A stretch of DNA of 64,000 nucleotides from an uncultured Treponema sp. (GTDB taxonomy: Bacteria; Spirochaetota; Spirochaetia; Treponematales; Treponemataceae): assembly GCA_910584475.1 (NCBI GenBank), contig CAJUBD010000009.1, positions 8,866 through 72,865 of the forward strand, written 5' to 3'. Each line of letters begins with the position of its first letter. Position 1 is the stretch's first letter. The position numbers were made by a program, and so were the translations under genes. Below the pieces are notes generated by a model that was not told the origin of the DNA, ran no database searches, and worked only from the letters and a program-made list of their open reading frames with translations. Of this stretch, positions 17,394 through 27,783 are shown one piece after another.

Positions 17394-20300
17394 TTAATCT
17401 TGATTTTTCGAGCAGTTTCTGGTCTCGTACACAATCGGAATCTTGACGGCTTTTTGAGTCGAGCCATTGTGCAGAATCAGCACCTCAAGGTAGCCGCCGT
17501 TTCCAGTTCCCGTAAGGGTCTTTTCAGGAGACGCGCCGTATGTGGCGGTTACATGATCTGTCAAAATCCGCGCGCCTATATCCATGTCATGACCGCTGTA
17601 GGCTTGAACATACCAGTACGCTATGCTCTGGAACTCATCCACCGTGAAGAACCTCTCGAAGCTCCTGTCGCGCTTTTTCGCGAACCAGTTGCTGTACGTC
17701 GGAGCCGCATCGTAGCCGCCCTTGTTGTCGTCGTACCAGTAGCAAAGATATTTGTGTCTGTTCGCAGTCGCGACCATATCTCCGCCATTTTCGTTTATGT
17801 ACGAGTTGGTCTGAGGCGCGACCAGACCATACCAGTCGTCGTCTTTTTTGTTTTGGAAGCCATAGTTGTCCCTCTCCTGATGCCAATAAAGAACGGTGTT
17901 CCAGTTCTCTATAAGGTTGTAGGCGCGGTTTTCGTCCACGACCTTTATCCCGCCGTCGTTGTTCGGACAGTAGACTGGCTTGTAGGCTTCCGTGACATTG
18001 TATCCGTAAAGCAACTTGTCTTCAGGAAAACTGACGCTCACGATACGATTGTCTCCGTTGTCAATTTCCTTTGAAACGGAGATTCCGTTCGTGCCGTTGA
18101 CCACACTGACCTTCTGTATCTGCCCGTTCGCCTTTTTCTCGGCGAGCGTCATCTTCAGGCTCACGGTTTCGCCGTCGCCAAGCACCAAAGTGCCGTTCTC
18201 GTAGCGGCTGAAATTGCCATCGCTGGACACGAAGGAAATCAACGGCGTGAGGCTGGCGTATTGGAATTTTGCCGTAACGGTCTTTCTTCCGATTTCCTCA
18301 TTGCCGTTGTTCGGATTCGTGGCGGTTACGGAAATGGAAATGTTGTCCTTGCTCTCCGTCTTCGGCGTGAACGTTATCTTTCCCGTGCCGTCACCATTGT
18401 TCTCAAGAACATAGTCGAAAAGATTTGTGGCGGTACTTGCCACCTTTATTTCCGCGTCCACAGGATTCACTCTGAATTCGACACCCGCGCTTTGTTCGGG
18501 CGTGATGGTAAATGTGGTTTTTCCAGACAGGCTGAATTCATAATCCCATGCCGTCCTGACCGAAAGTTGCCCCTTCGCGCCTCCATCGGTGAGGCATACG
18601 AGGCTCCCGCTTCCTTCCTTGATTCCTTCTAGTTCGACATAGCCCACGCCGCTTTCATCGCATCCCAAATCCCTGTACGCGAAGTAATCCTGCGCCTGGC
18701 TTATCGTCCATGTCAAATTTGCGTTCGGTGGGCTGACTATGTATTTGTACTTTTTCGTGTGGAAAGGCTGTACCCGCGCTGCCGTAGATTCAAAGGAGAA
18801 ACTTTTTCCCGCCTCAACGACCACGGTACATTTTGCCACAGACGGGCTATCGGGAAGTTGCGCGATTACGTCGGCCTGTCCCACATTTATCGGATATATC
18901 GTCACTGACTTTCCGTTTCCCATAACGCGGCAAACTTCGTCGTTTCCGACATTCTGTACGCTCCATTCGATGTCGTAATAGTCATTTGAACTTTCGGAAT
19001 TTTCAATCGTCGCTTTCAAAGCGATGCCAGAACTTCCCTTCAGTATTGTCATGTACGTCTTGTTCAAAGTGAGTACCTTTTCAGCACTTCCCGGAACGAC
19101 CACGTAGAACTGCAGGTCGCTCGCCGCCTTCTCGTGCGAGCATGTTATGAGCGCCTCGCCCGCCTTGAGAGCCGTGATGTAGATTGACTGTCCCGCGATG
19201 GTTCCGTCCGACTTTATTCCCGCTATCTGCACCACATCGGTGTCCCCAGTCGTCCATTTGAGGTTGTACTGATCGCTGTTAGTGATTCCGCTTCCGCTCA
19301 ATACCGCGTTCAGGGTCGCGCTCTTTCCTTTGTTCACGGTGTAGATTGTCGAGGCCGATGTGATGTACGCGGCGTTCACCTCAGCCTTTTTGACATAGAC
19401 TAGCATTTCGCTTTCTGCTTGGACGACCCCCGTTCCAGACGCGACAAGTTTCGCGCGGATTGTAGTGCTTCCCGCTCCAACGGCAGTTACCTGCGCCGTG
19501 GCCTTCGTTCCAGAAATTGAGCATACGGAAGGATTGTCCACGGAGTATTCGACATGCGTGGCGACTTTTGTATTCGGAATCTGCATTGAATAGAATTTCA
19601 CGTCGCCCTGCGTTATCGTGGCGTTTGTCGCGGGGAATGCGAAGTCCGAGTATTCCTGCACCGTAACGACAATCTGCTGGTCAAAGGCGGCTTTGGGATG
19701 CCTTATGGTTATCGTGCATTGTCCCTGTGATTTTGGAGAAATCGTGCAGACGTTCGCCGAGTACACGAAGTCAACCACGTCGTACACGTCGAGCGACCAA
19801 CTGAAACTGTACTTGTCAGTGGCAGTTCCGTTTATTAGACTCGCAGTTATCTGCTGTGTGGAGTCCGTCGGCTTCATGTTGACGATGCTCGCAGGAACTG
19901 AAATATAACACTCGCTTTCCTTGATTTCGTCGCAAACCACGAGCAGCTGCGCAGAATACGCGGCCTTCGGATGCGAGACTGTAATGTATGCCGTTCCCGC
20001 TTTCAACGCCCGAAGCTTTCCGACCTCGTTCTGTCCATAAACTGCACAGATTGAACTGTCGTTCGATGTCCACTCGAAGTCGGAATAGTCTCCCGCGCTT
20101 CCGCCCACCAAATCCGCCGTGACATTGGTGTAGCCCGAACCGACATTCGCCGTTATGACGGACGATGTTAACTGGATGTATGGGCTTGCCGCCGCCGCAA
20201 TCGGGTCAACACATTGCGCGATGATTTGCAGGGGATACTGGCAATGGCTGTTCTTCACCGTTATGACCGAAGTTCCTATGGAATTTCCTGTGAGAACAGC

Positions 20301-23216
20301 GGTCGCCCCCGTGGCAGTTACGCCGACTGCGGATGGATTGGAAGATGACCAAGAATATCCGTCCAAAATAACGCTGTCCGAATTCTTCACCGAAACGGAA
20401 ACGCTCCTCGTGTTTCCCTCGCCGACGGCTACAACATTTGAGCTAGTCGTGAGATAGGTGAAGCCCGCAAGTTCCTCCGCGCTGTTGCCGACTACGATCA
20501 AGACTTTCTTGGTAATGTCGGTCTTTTTGTGCGTGATGGTCACTTCTGCCTGTCCGCCTGAAACTGGTTTTACATAGGCGATTCCGTTAGTTGACTGGCT
20601 TGAAATGCTCGCAATTTCTTCATTGTCGATTTCAAAGGAAAATCCCGAAGTGTCCGCCCCATCGTAGTTCACCAAAATGGCTGTGAGCTTTTGCGCCGCG
20701 TCGTCCTTGAGCATCGTAATCACGTCTTGCGCCGAAATGTAAACCACAGGCGCAGCATCAGGAATGACATACTCGCTTCCGACACGGACATAGATTTTAA
20801 GCGTGTTCTGGCTTTCCTCGTGTGCCACTGAAATCACAGCCTCACCTTCAGACACCGCCGTCACCGTGGCTCTGCTGCCGTTCGGAACGACTTTTGCCAC
20901 GCCCTCATCGCTCGACTCCCATTTTATCTGTGAATGCTTGCTGGTAGGAAGGTTCACTGCCGTTATCGAGACGTTCGCGGTCTTTCCCTTCTCTTCGATT
21001 ATGACGACGTTCTGCCCCGTCGTGAAATAAACTTCGGATTCGGTCTGTCGCGCCCCTTCCGGCAGAACAGTGATGTCATAGTCGCAGGAATAGCCTTCGA
21101 CAGAAACGGTTGCCGTCGTCTTTCCAGCCTTGAGCCCCGTCACTATTCCTGTGAGCGGGTATTCGCCCCTGCTCACCGAGGCCACGGACGGATCTTTTAC
21201 GGTCCATAGTGCCGATGAGAAGTCGTAGTCATCATAGTTTCCGTCCTCATCCACGCCGTCAAACCCGACGGCACTCGTCATACAGTACGCGCTTTCACCG
21301 ACATTGATGTTGTAATACAATTTGTCGGAATAAAGAGCCTTCATGCTGTCGAGCGTCTTTTGGTCGTCGGCCGTCATCACGAGGACTTTCTTGTCCGCGT
21401 CCGCCTTGTTGTGGCTTATAGTAATGTTGGAAATCGTGCTTCCGCTTCCGAGCGATGGCGCGGCTACATTAGCCACGTTCGCGCTGGCGGAAATCTTTAT
21501 TCGCGGATTGTCGCATTCCCACTTGATTTCGACGTCGTCGCCTGCGCTCTTGTTCTCGCCCTTGAGCTGCACGGTATACTCCGCGCTCGAACCGTTGAGG
21601 ATTTTCAGGAGTCCGCTGCCGGCGAAATATAGCGGCTCTTCGAGAATCGCGTCCTTGCTCAAAACCTTGACCAAAATTTCCGTCGGATAATGCACTTTCG
21701 GATGCGAAATCGTTATTATGGCAGTGCCCTCGCATTTTGGCTCGATGAAGGCCTTTCCGAATGCGTAGGTCTGCATCGCGCTCCTAGCGTAGTTTACAGT
21801 TCCGTGCGCCGTGTCCATCGATACCACGTCCTTCGCACTTCCGTCCGCCGCCGTGCTTTTTATGCTCCAAGAGAATTCGCTCTCGTCACCGTCTTCCCCG
21901 CCTTTGAGCGAGATGTTGATTGAAGTTCCTTCCGCTCCGACTTTCGTGCGGATGTAGTTTTGGCTCGTCGTGATGTAGTAGCTCGAATCAATTGCGTCGG
22001 TGAGGTGACCGTTGACAATCACGAGAACTTCCCTCGTATAGGCAGCTTTTTCGTGCGAAATCAAAAGCTTGCAAGAGCCGTTCGCCTTTCCTCTGAGCAC
22101 CACTTGCTTTCCGACCGTCGAAACGATTTCCGCGACGCTCCAGTCATCAAGCGAATATTCATAGGCATCAATATCGTAAGAGCCTGCCGTGATGTTTTCG
22201 AGTGAGCATGTCAGTGTATGGGTTTCCTCCCCATACAAGTTCACGACAGTGCTGGAGGGGTTTATGTACACGTTCTTCACCACAGTCAGGACGCGGCACA
22301 AAATTTCCAGCGGATAAGCCGCGTCGGGATGCGTCACGCGCAAGGTGCATGTTCCGCCCTTAAGCGGAGTTATTACCGCCTTGTTACCGTTGCGCTCCAA
22401 CCCTATTGGACAAGACGAATCCTCGCTGACAATTTCCCAGTTGAACTGACTGTCAAGAGAGGAATCCTTTCCGTTCACAAGCGAAACCGTGACAGTCTGG
22501 CTCGAATCGCCCTGTCGCATCGTAACGATGTTGTTTCCTGTAGTGATGTATGGAACTTCCGTCGCGTCGGCGAAAACATAGATTCCAATATAGTACGGAT
22601 AAGTCGCCTTTTGGTGGGTTACCTTTATTCTAGCGTATCCTGAATCTTTTGCCGTTATCATGCAATACTGGCCTGTCGGCTGAATTGAGCACACGCTTGC
22701 GTTGTCGCATGTCCAAGTGTAGCCGTCTATGTCCGCCGCGCTTCCGCCATACAAAGAAACATATACTTTCTCTGTTATTCCGGGCGCGGTTTGCAAAATT
22801 GAAGTGTTCGAATAGATGTATGGCTCGATGGTTTCCTCGTAGTTTTCCTCAAATCCCGAAACCGTCACTATGCAAGTAGCGTCATAGCCATCGCAGGAAC
22901 AGCGGAGAGAAGTCTGTCCTTCCTTCAGCGCGGTTATCGTAACTCCCCACGCCGATTCCGCGTCGCATTTTATTACGGACGAATCGTAGCTCCAATTGAG
23001 GCGGGCATTCTTCTGCTCGTTCAACGGCTTTATTGAAACCGCCACATAATCCATACCACCCACTTTCATCGAAAGCGAGCTTTTCGCCAACGTGAGCGAT
23101 GTTATCGAAGTTCCGCCTTCTCCCGAACTGCCCGAATCAGAGAACATCCTGCAAGTCGAAAGAAGCACCGCAAGCACAATCGTCGCGGAAAATAAAACTG
23201 TCTTTCTGCAACCCAT
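17394..23216 (-). CDS. Giant lipoprotein with many Ig-like (Big_2-type) repeats; putative conjugative adhesin
   Basis: Lipobox-like LLSTC. Recurrent W.S.D.SV......G..V.A...G...I.V.H repeats over ~1,900 aa. Co-oriented directly downstream of trbI. GGAGG RBS before ATG 23216. Confidence 0.85.
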   Translation of the reverse strand: MGCRKTVLFSATIVLAVLLSTCRMFSDSGSSGEGGTSITSLTLAKSSLSMKVGGMDYVAVSIKPLNEQKNARLNWSYDSSVIKCDAESAWGVTITALKEGQTSLRCSCDGYDATCIVTVSGFEENYEETIEPYIYSNTSILQTAPGITEKVYVSLYGGSAADIDGYTWTCDNASVCSIQPTGQYCMITAKDSGYARIKVTHQKATYPYYIGIYVFADATEVPYITTGNNIVTMRQGDSSQTVTVSLVNGKDSSLDSQFNWEIVSEDSSCPIGLERNGNKAVITPLKGGTCTLRVTHPDAAYPLEILCRVLTVVKNVYINPSSTVVNLYGEETHTLTCSLENITAGSYDIDAYEYSLDDWSVAEIVSTVGKQVVLRGKANGSCKLLISHEKAAYTREVLVIVNGHLTDAIDSSYYITTSQNYIRTKVGAEGTSINISLKGGEDGDESEFSWSIKSTAADGSAKDVVSMDTAHGTVNYARSAMQTYAFGKAFIEPKCEGTAIITISHPKVHYPTEILVKVLSKDAILEEPLYFAGSGLLKILNGSSAEYTVQLKGENKSAGDDVEIKWECDNPRIKISASANVANVAAPSLGSGSTISNITISHNKADADKKVLVMTADDQKTLDSMKALYSDKLYYNINVGESAYCMTSAVGFDGVDEDGNYDDYDFSSALWTVKDPSVASVSRGEYPLTGIVTGLKAGKTTATVSVEGYSCDYDITVLPEGARQTESEVYFTTGQNVVIIEEKGKTANVSITAVNLPTSKHSQIKWESSDEGVAKVVPNGSRATVTAVSEGEAVISVAHEESQNTLKIYVRVGSEYVIPDAAPVVYISAQDVITMLKDDAAQKLTAILVNYDGADTSGFSFEIDNEEIASISSQSTNGIAYVKPVSGGQAEVTITHKKTDITKKVLIVVGNSAEELAGFTYLTTSSNVVAVGEGNTRSVSVSVKNSDSVILDGYSWSSSNPSAVGVTATGATAVLTGNSIGTSVITVKNSHCQYPLQIIAQCVDPIAAAASPYIQLTSSVITANVGSGYTNVTADLVGGSAGDYSDFEWTSNDSSICAVYGQNEVGKLRALKAGTAYITVSHPKAAYSAQLLVVCDEIKESECYISVPASIVNMKPTDSTQQITASLINGTATDKYSFSWSLDVYDVVDFVYSANVCTISPKSQGQCTITIRHPKAAFDQQIVVTVQEYSDFAFPATNATITQGDVKFYSMQIPNTKVATHVEYSVDNPSVCSISGTKATAQVTAVGAGSTTIRAKLVASGTGVVQAESEMLVYVKKAEVNAAYITSASTIYTVNKGKSATLNAVLSGSGITNSDQYNLKWTTGDTDVVQIAGIKSDGTIAGQSIYITALKAGEALITCSHEKAASDLQFYVVVPGSAEKVLTLNKTYMTILKGSSGIALKATIENSESSNDYYDIEWSVQNVGNDEVCRVMGNGKSVTIYPINVGQADVIAQLPDSPSVAKCTVVVEAGKSFSFESTAARVQPFHTKKYKYIVSPPNANLTWTISQAQDYFAYRDLGCDESGVGYVELEGIKEGSGSLVCLTDGGAKGQLSVRTAWDYEFSLSGKTTFTITPEQSAGVEFRVNPVDAEIKVASTATNLFDYVLENNGDGTGKITFTPKTESKDNISISVTATNPNNGNEEIGRKTVTAKFQYASLTPLISFVSSDGNFSRYENGTLVLGDGETVSLKMTLAEKKANGQIQKVSVVNGTNGISVSKEIDNGDNRIVSVSFPEDKLLYGYNVTEAYKPVYCPNNDGGIKVVDENRAYNLIENWNTVLYWHQERDNYGFQNKKDDDWYGLVAPQTNSYINENGGDMVATANRHKYLCYWYDDNKGGYDAAPTYSNWFAKKRDRSFERFFTVDEFQSIAYWYVQAYSGHDMDIGARILTDHVTATYGASPEKTLTGTGNGGYLEVLILHNGSTQKAVKIPIVYETRNCSKNQD

Positions 23217-23351
23217 GTTTTTCCTCCAAGAAATAAAAAAGGTTTTCATTTCGTCTTTTCGTACAAAAACATAATCTTCAGAAAAACATATTCATTCACG
23301 CAGACGAAGTTTTATGATAAAGTCAAAATCAGAATGATTCAAAAAATCTTT

Positions 23352-24755
23352 TCATCTAAATCTCACATATTTTTTTGTGACTGGATTCACTTTGACCGGC
23401 GGAAGTTCCAGCGCGACGTTTGTAATGAGCTTTATTTCCGTGCCTTGCCTTATGGTTATGGTAGGCTTTATGTCAAGCGCCCTGTCCACAATCTTCGCGC
23501 CAAGCTTCGACACTTCTGAATATGTGTCGTTCAACGCATTTTGTGTATATATGTTGTCGCTGTATTTTATCTCCTCGCTCATTTCGGTTTGGATTATCGA
23601 ATAAAGGGCGACAAGTCCCAAAGCTTTAAGTGTCTCAAACGGATGGTTGTTCACGCGCCCTTTGTAACCGCTCGCGCCTTGTGCGCTCACTCCGTTCATA
23701 TTTCCGAGCTGAACCTTGTATCCGTCGGGCCGGATTAGAAGATTCCACGCCACCTGCACCTTGTTCTGCCCATAGCTGACGGATGAGTTGTATGTTGCAT
23801 AAAGGAGAGTGCCTTCCGGAATCAGAAGGAACGATGAATCATAACTCGAATAGACATTTTCCGTAACGCGCGCAATTACAAGTCCTGGATTGTCCGTATT
23901 TATCGCCGTCTGCAATGCGCCGGAAATCACAGTGCCTTCCCAAAGCGAACCGTATGAAAGATATTCGCCGTTCCCAGCATTTTCTTCCAAGCCATTGTTG
24001 AAAAACACTTCCTTGTCAGATTGGTATTGCCGCGCGGACGACATGCCATCACCGCCATAATTTGCATAGGACTGTCCACCTAGCATTGTCGCGCCTCGCT
24101 CCAAAAGTTGCTCGGCGTATTCTTCCTTTGACAGTCCGTTCCCATACCCTGTCTGCTGCCGACCGTATCCGCCGTTCATCATCGCGGACACGATGTTTTG
24201 GTTGTTCCCATACTGCGCCGCATAATCCTGACCCGCGATTCCCTCGACCTTTCTAGGCGACCTAGAATTCCTTGTGTCAGGGCGTTCGTGGCGGGATGAC
24301 GATGCGCCTTTTCCCGAACTCACTGGAGCGACTGGAGCGGGAGACGGCTCAGGCTGCGTTTGGAATGCGGGTGGAAGCGTTTCGAGAATCTCATCAACGC
24401 TTCTTAAATCTTGGTCTTCATAGTCGCTTGCCTTCGTTTCCTCAAATACAATGTCCTCCTTGATTTTAAGTTCAGGAACATACTTTTTTCCCGCCTTGTT
24501 CAATTCCGCGTAATCCGACTTTCGTTTTTTGTTGGACTTGGAAAATATCGCGACTGTACCCATTATGATAAGGATGGCGAGCAAAATTACGGCGACGATG
24601 TTTCCGATGTTAAGCTGCCGCGCCTCGTCTTTTTCTTCTGGAACGCCGAGTTCCGGCTCTTCATCGTCAAGATTGGCCTCGTCCATTTCCACAAATGTGT
24701 TTTTCACGGCATCATCAGTCTCTTCGAATTCAACCTTTTCATTTTCACTCATCAT
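23352..24755 (-). CDS. trbI: TrbI/VirB10
   Basis: Single TM and a Pro-rich linker, then GTVISGALQTAINTDNPG, LLIPEGT, G..G.VNNH and PTITIRQG. Confidence 0.92.
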   Translation of the reverse strand: MMSENEKVEFEETDDAVKNTFVEMDEANLDDEEPELGVPEEKDEARQLNIGNIVAVILLAILIIMGTVAIFSKSNKKRKSDYAELNKAGKKYVPELKIKEDIVFEETKASDYEDQDLRSVDEILETLPPAFQTQPEPSPAPVAPVSSGKGASSSRHERPDTRNSRSPRKVEGIAGQDYAAQYGNNQNIVSAMMNGGYGRQQTGYGNGLSKEEYAEQLLERGATMLGGQSYANYGGDGMSSARQYQSDKEVFFNNGLEENAGNGEYLSYGSLWEGTVISGALQTAINTDNPGLVIARVTENVYSSYDSSFLLIPEGTLLYATYNSSVSYGQNKVQVAWNLLIRPDGYKVQLGNMNGVSAQGASGYKGRVNNHPFETLKALGLVALYSIIQTEMSEEIKYSDNIYTQNALNDTYSEVSKLGAKIVDRALDIKPTITIRQGTEIKLITNVALELPPVKVNPVTKKYVRFR

Positions 24756-25811
24756 TTATTCCTTCTCTTCCTCCGAGACCGCTTTTCGCCTGGACTTTTT
24801 TTTCTCGATTATGACTTTCTGTTTCCCAAGTCTCAGAGTAGCCTTGTTTATAAGGCGCGGAACTATGAAAGTATTCTTGTGCACAGAATAGTTGGCTATT
24901 TCATTCCGTTCGTTGAAGAGAACTGGAAGCTTCTTGTGAAGCACCGTGTCATCCACTACAATGTAGGTTTTTCTGCCGTCATCGTACACGCGCTTCGGCA
25001 AGAATTCGGGCTTCCTGAATCCGTACTTCATCTTGTAGTCGAAAGACAGAAATTCGGGATTCGTGACAGTGACATACTCGTTTTCAACGCTCACGCCGCT
25101 CGCCACATTGTCGTTGGCTGTCGTCGCCCATACATTCCTTGTCTGCGGATACTTGAATTTCACCATAGCCATGTGCGTGTCGGAAAAGGACTTTATGCGG
25201 AAATGGTAGACGCGCCTGTCCGTAATCACCACCATACTTGAATCCAACTTCGAATATGCGGGCTTTAAAAACAGATGTTGTATGTTGTCGCCAGTGTACG
25301 GATTTTTCGCCACATTCGCGGTAAGTTCCCAAACTTCCTCGTCCTCCGAAATCAAGACGCTTCCCTGCACGAGTTCTCCAGGTTCAAGCATTATGTCGGT
25401 GAGGTGGTATGGCTGCGCGTAGATTTCGTAGACAAAATTTTCATTGTACTGATAAAAGAAAGTTCCGTCCTTGTAGCGCTCTGGACTTTTCGTCGCCCTT
25501 TCTTCGCTCGCTTTTGTCGCGTCCGTTCCCGTCAATCTTTTTATGTCCGTTTCGGATTTCTTTTCCTCAGGAAGATATACAGGTCTTTCCACGAGCACCA
25601 CGGTTTGCTCAATGTCTTGGACTTTCATCTCTTCGGCAATCAAGAGTTCATGAATTTCTTTCTCATTTTTTTCCGCCTCTTCTGCGGCGGAAGCAATTGT
25701 TTCGTCGCCCCTCGCATCCGTTTCTGTCATAGTTTCCAAGTCAACTGTTTTGCATGACAAGATTGCGAACAAGGCAAGAATCAGTCCTACGATAAAAAAT
25801 TTGCTTTTCAT
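24756..25811 (-). CDS. trbG: TrbG/VirB9 with N-terminal lipoprotein signal
   Basis: TDIMLEPGE, LFLKP, TDRRVY and PKRVYDDGRKTYI motifs; lipobox ILSC. Confidence 0.88.
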   Translation of the reverse strand: MKSKFFIVGLILALFAILSCKTVDLETMTETDARGDETIASAAEEAEKNEKEIHELLIAEEMKVQDIEQTVVLVERPVYLPEEKKSETDIKRLTGTDATKASEERATKSPERYKDGTFFYQYNENFVYEIYAQPYHLTDIMLEPGELVQGSVLISEDEEVWELTANVAKNPYTGDNIQHLFLKPAYSKLDSSMVVITDRRVYHFRIKSFSDTHMAMVKFKYPQTRNVWATTANDNVASGVSVENEYVTVTNPEFLSFDYKMKYGFRKPEFLPKRVYDDGRKTYIVVDDTVLHKKLPVLFNERNEIANYSVHKNTFIVPRLINKATLRLGKQKVIIEKKKSRRKAVSEEEKE

Positions 25812-25812
25812 T

Positions 25813-26526
25813 TTAATGCAACTCCTTAATATCGAAATTCGTAATGTATATTCCAAGCGGATTGTCCTTTATGTCCTCTTGAACTGGGTCAAGCATTGCC
25901 ACCGTCATCACGGCTCTATAGCGCGCCGTATTTTCGATTTGTCCTGACAACACGCGGGTCGTGACTTTATAGTCAAGTTGGTAGGTGTCTTTGGAAAGTT
26001 TCATCGGTTCGGTTTCAAATTCAACTTCTCGCGTACGCGTTCCGAATTCCTCGTAAGGATTGCTTTCTTTCAGCAGTGTAGAAAATTTTGTTCCTGTCGT
26101 TGACGTAAGCAAATGGTATGCTTGCTCCACATTTTTGCGGACGACCGCCTTGTCGGTGGAAAGAGAGTGGAAGCATTCGATGAACTCGCGAACATTATAG
26201 GAAACGGCGACTTCGGGAACTTGGAAATTTTGCCAATTTTTGCGCGACACTTCGCCGATGTATCGCGTTTCGCCAAAGTCATTCATTGTGACAAGCACAG
26301 GTATAGAGTCGGGACGGTTTATCGCGAATACCGTGATTCCGATTGAAAGGAAAAACGCGAGGCATGAAACCACGACGACGAATTTCAAAATTCGGTTCTC
26401 ATTGATGACTTGTCCGCAGATGAAGTCAAAGTGTTCAAGCTGCGGGTTGAACGCGGTGGAATTCTTTCCGCTGGGATAATAGTTTTTCGATGACAAATGT
26501 ACCTCCTTTTGGGCAGGCGGACGCAT
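25813..26526 (-). CDS. trbF: TrbF/VirB8
   Basis: Single TM, IPVLV, S.D..V...N...AY, and C-terminal NPLGIYITNF. Confidence 0.9.
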   Translation of the reverse strand: MRPPAQKEVHLSSKNYYPSGKNSTAFNPQLEHFDFICGQVINENRILKFVVVVSCLAFFLSIGITVFAINRPDSIPVLVTMNDFGETRYIGEVSRKNWQNFQVPEVAVSYNVREFIECFHSLSTDKAVVRKNVEQAYHLLTSTTGTKFSTLLKESNPYEEFGTRTREVEFETEPMKLSKDTYQLDYKVTTRVLSGQIENTARYRAVMTVAMLDPVQEDIKDNPLGIYITNFDIKELH

Positions 26527-26602
26527 TTGTCATTTTAGCGTAGAAATGTAATTTTTGTCAATATTGTTTTTTATTCTAATTTAATATTGATAAATAAAAA
26601 CA

Positions 26603-27778
26603 TCAATGGACAAAAATATCTTTGTCGCTAACCTGTCGCGAAATTTTTCCTTCGCCGTTTTTGTGCGTATCACGAATCGAAACATTCTTCCCCTGCAAAT
26701 TTTCTTTATGCAGTTGCCACACTGGAACATAGATTCTTTTTCCGCCCGACTTTATCACCAACGCATCGTTCCAAGCCTCGTCCTTGTCGAATGTTATAAC
26801 TCTTTCCACTATGCCTTTCAGCGCACCACCGTTATAAAGTTCAAGCGGTGCTCCGTCCTTGAGATATTCTTCAAGATAAGTGTTGTATCTTCCAGAAACG
26901 CGCAATGTTTCCTTCCAGCCTTTTTCAAGCATATATTCTCCGCTTTGCTTGTCGTGCTTGGCGAGCCTTATTTCTGCGAGATGGGATAGACGGTTCGCGA
27001 TTTCCATAGAAATATTGCTTTGGGAAATTTTCTGATCCATATCCACAAGCGACTCAATTTGCTCGTCAATTTCAGTCCATCTGTTCGCCTTGTGCAAATT
27101 AAGCTTAGCGCGCGCTATTTCCACCTTAGTTCTTTCTCCGAGCATAACGGTCGCCGCGTTCATACACATCAGGCGCATCAGCACGATTGTTTCCCTGTTG
27201 AAAAAGACATCCTTTCCGTTCTTGTCCTTGCCGTTTATGACGACATGTGCATGACGATGCTCCGTGTCGGAATGTATCGCGCCTCTCCAAATAAGCGAAT
27301 AACCTGTATGTTTCTCTAGCCGCCTTATGAATGATTTTGCGAGTTCCTCCAAGTTCACGTCTTGATTTTCTGGCGATATTATGCATTTGAAATTAAGGGG
27401 AATTTTTTTCTTGTCGTATTCTTCCTCTGTCATTCCGAAAAGAGCTGGCTTTTCCACAACCTGTACCTTGTCCTTTTGGGGCATATAGTGCCGAATGTAT
27501 TCATTGTGGCTCGCCATTGAATTGGAATAGTACATCTTGAATGCGACACGTTGGCTCTGTTCAGGAAACACAAACGCGTGTCCGCGACCGCCGCCGAATC
27601 CTGCGCGAAAATTTTTCCGCCTGTTCGGACTTCCGCCGTACCCTTTTAACAGACGGTTGAACGCTTCGAGGTCATCCTTCACATAAATCGGCTTTTTCCA
27701 TTTGAAGAGACTGTCCTCTGTGTGCGCGTTTTTTTGCGGAGAACGGTTAAAGATATTTTTAATTGTGCGCGGCGACAT
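26603..27778 (-). CDS. MOBP/VirD2-like relaxase
   Basis: QRVAFK...HNEYIRHY (motif I), FKCIISPE (motif II), W.GAIHSDTEHRHAHVVING (motif III). Confidence 0.9.
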   Translation of the reverse strand: MSPRTIKNIFNRSPQKNAHTEDSLFKWKKPIYVKDDLEAFNRLLKGYGGSPNRRKNFRAGFGGGRGHAFVFPEQSQRVAFKMYYSNSMASHNEYIRHYMPQKDKVQVVEKPALFGMTEEEYDKKKIPLNFKCIISPENQDVNLEELAKSFIRRLEKHTGYSLIWRGAIHSDTEHRHAHVVINGKDKNGKDVFFNRETIVLMRLMCMNAATVMLGERTKVEIARAKLNLHKANRWTEIDEQIESLVDMDQKISQSNISMEIANRLSHLAEIRLAKHDKQSGEYMLEKGWKETLRVSGRYNTYLEEYLKDGAPLELYNGGALKGIVERVITFDKDEAWNDALVIKSGGKRIYVPVWQLHKENLQGKNVSIRDTHKNGEGKISRQVSDKDIFVH

Positions 27779-27783
27779 TTGCC

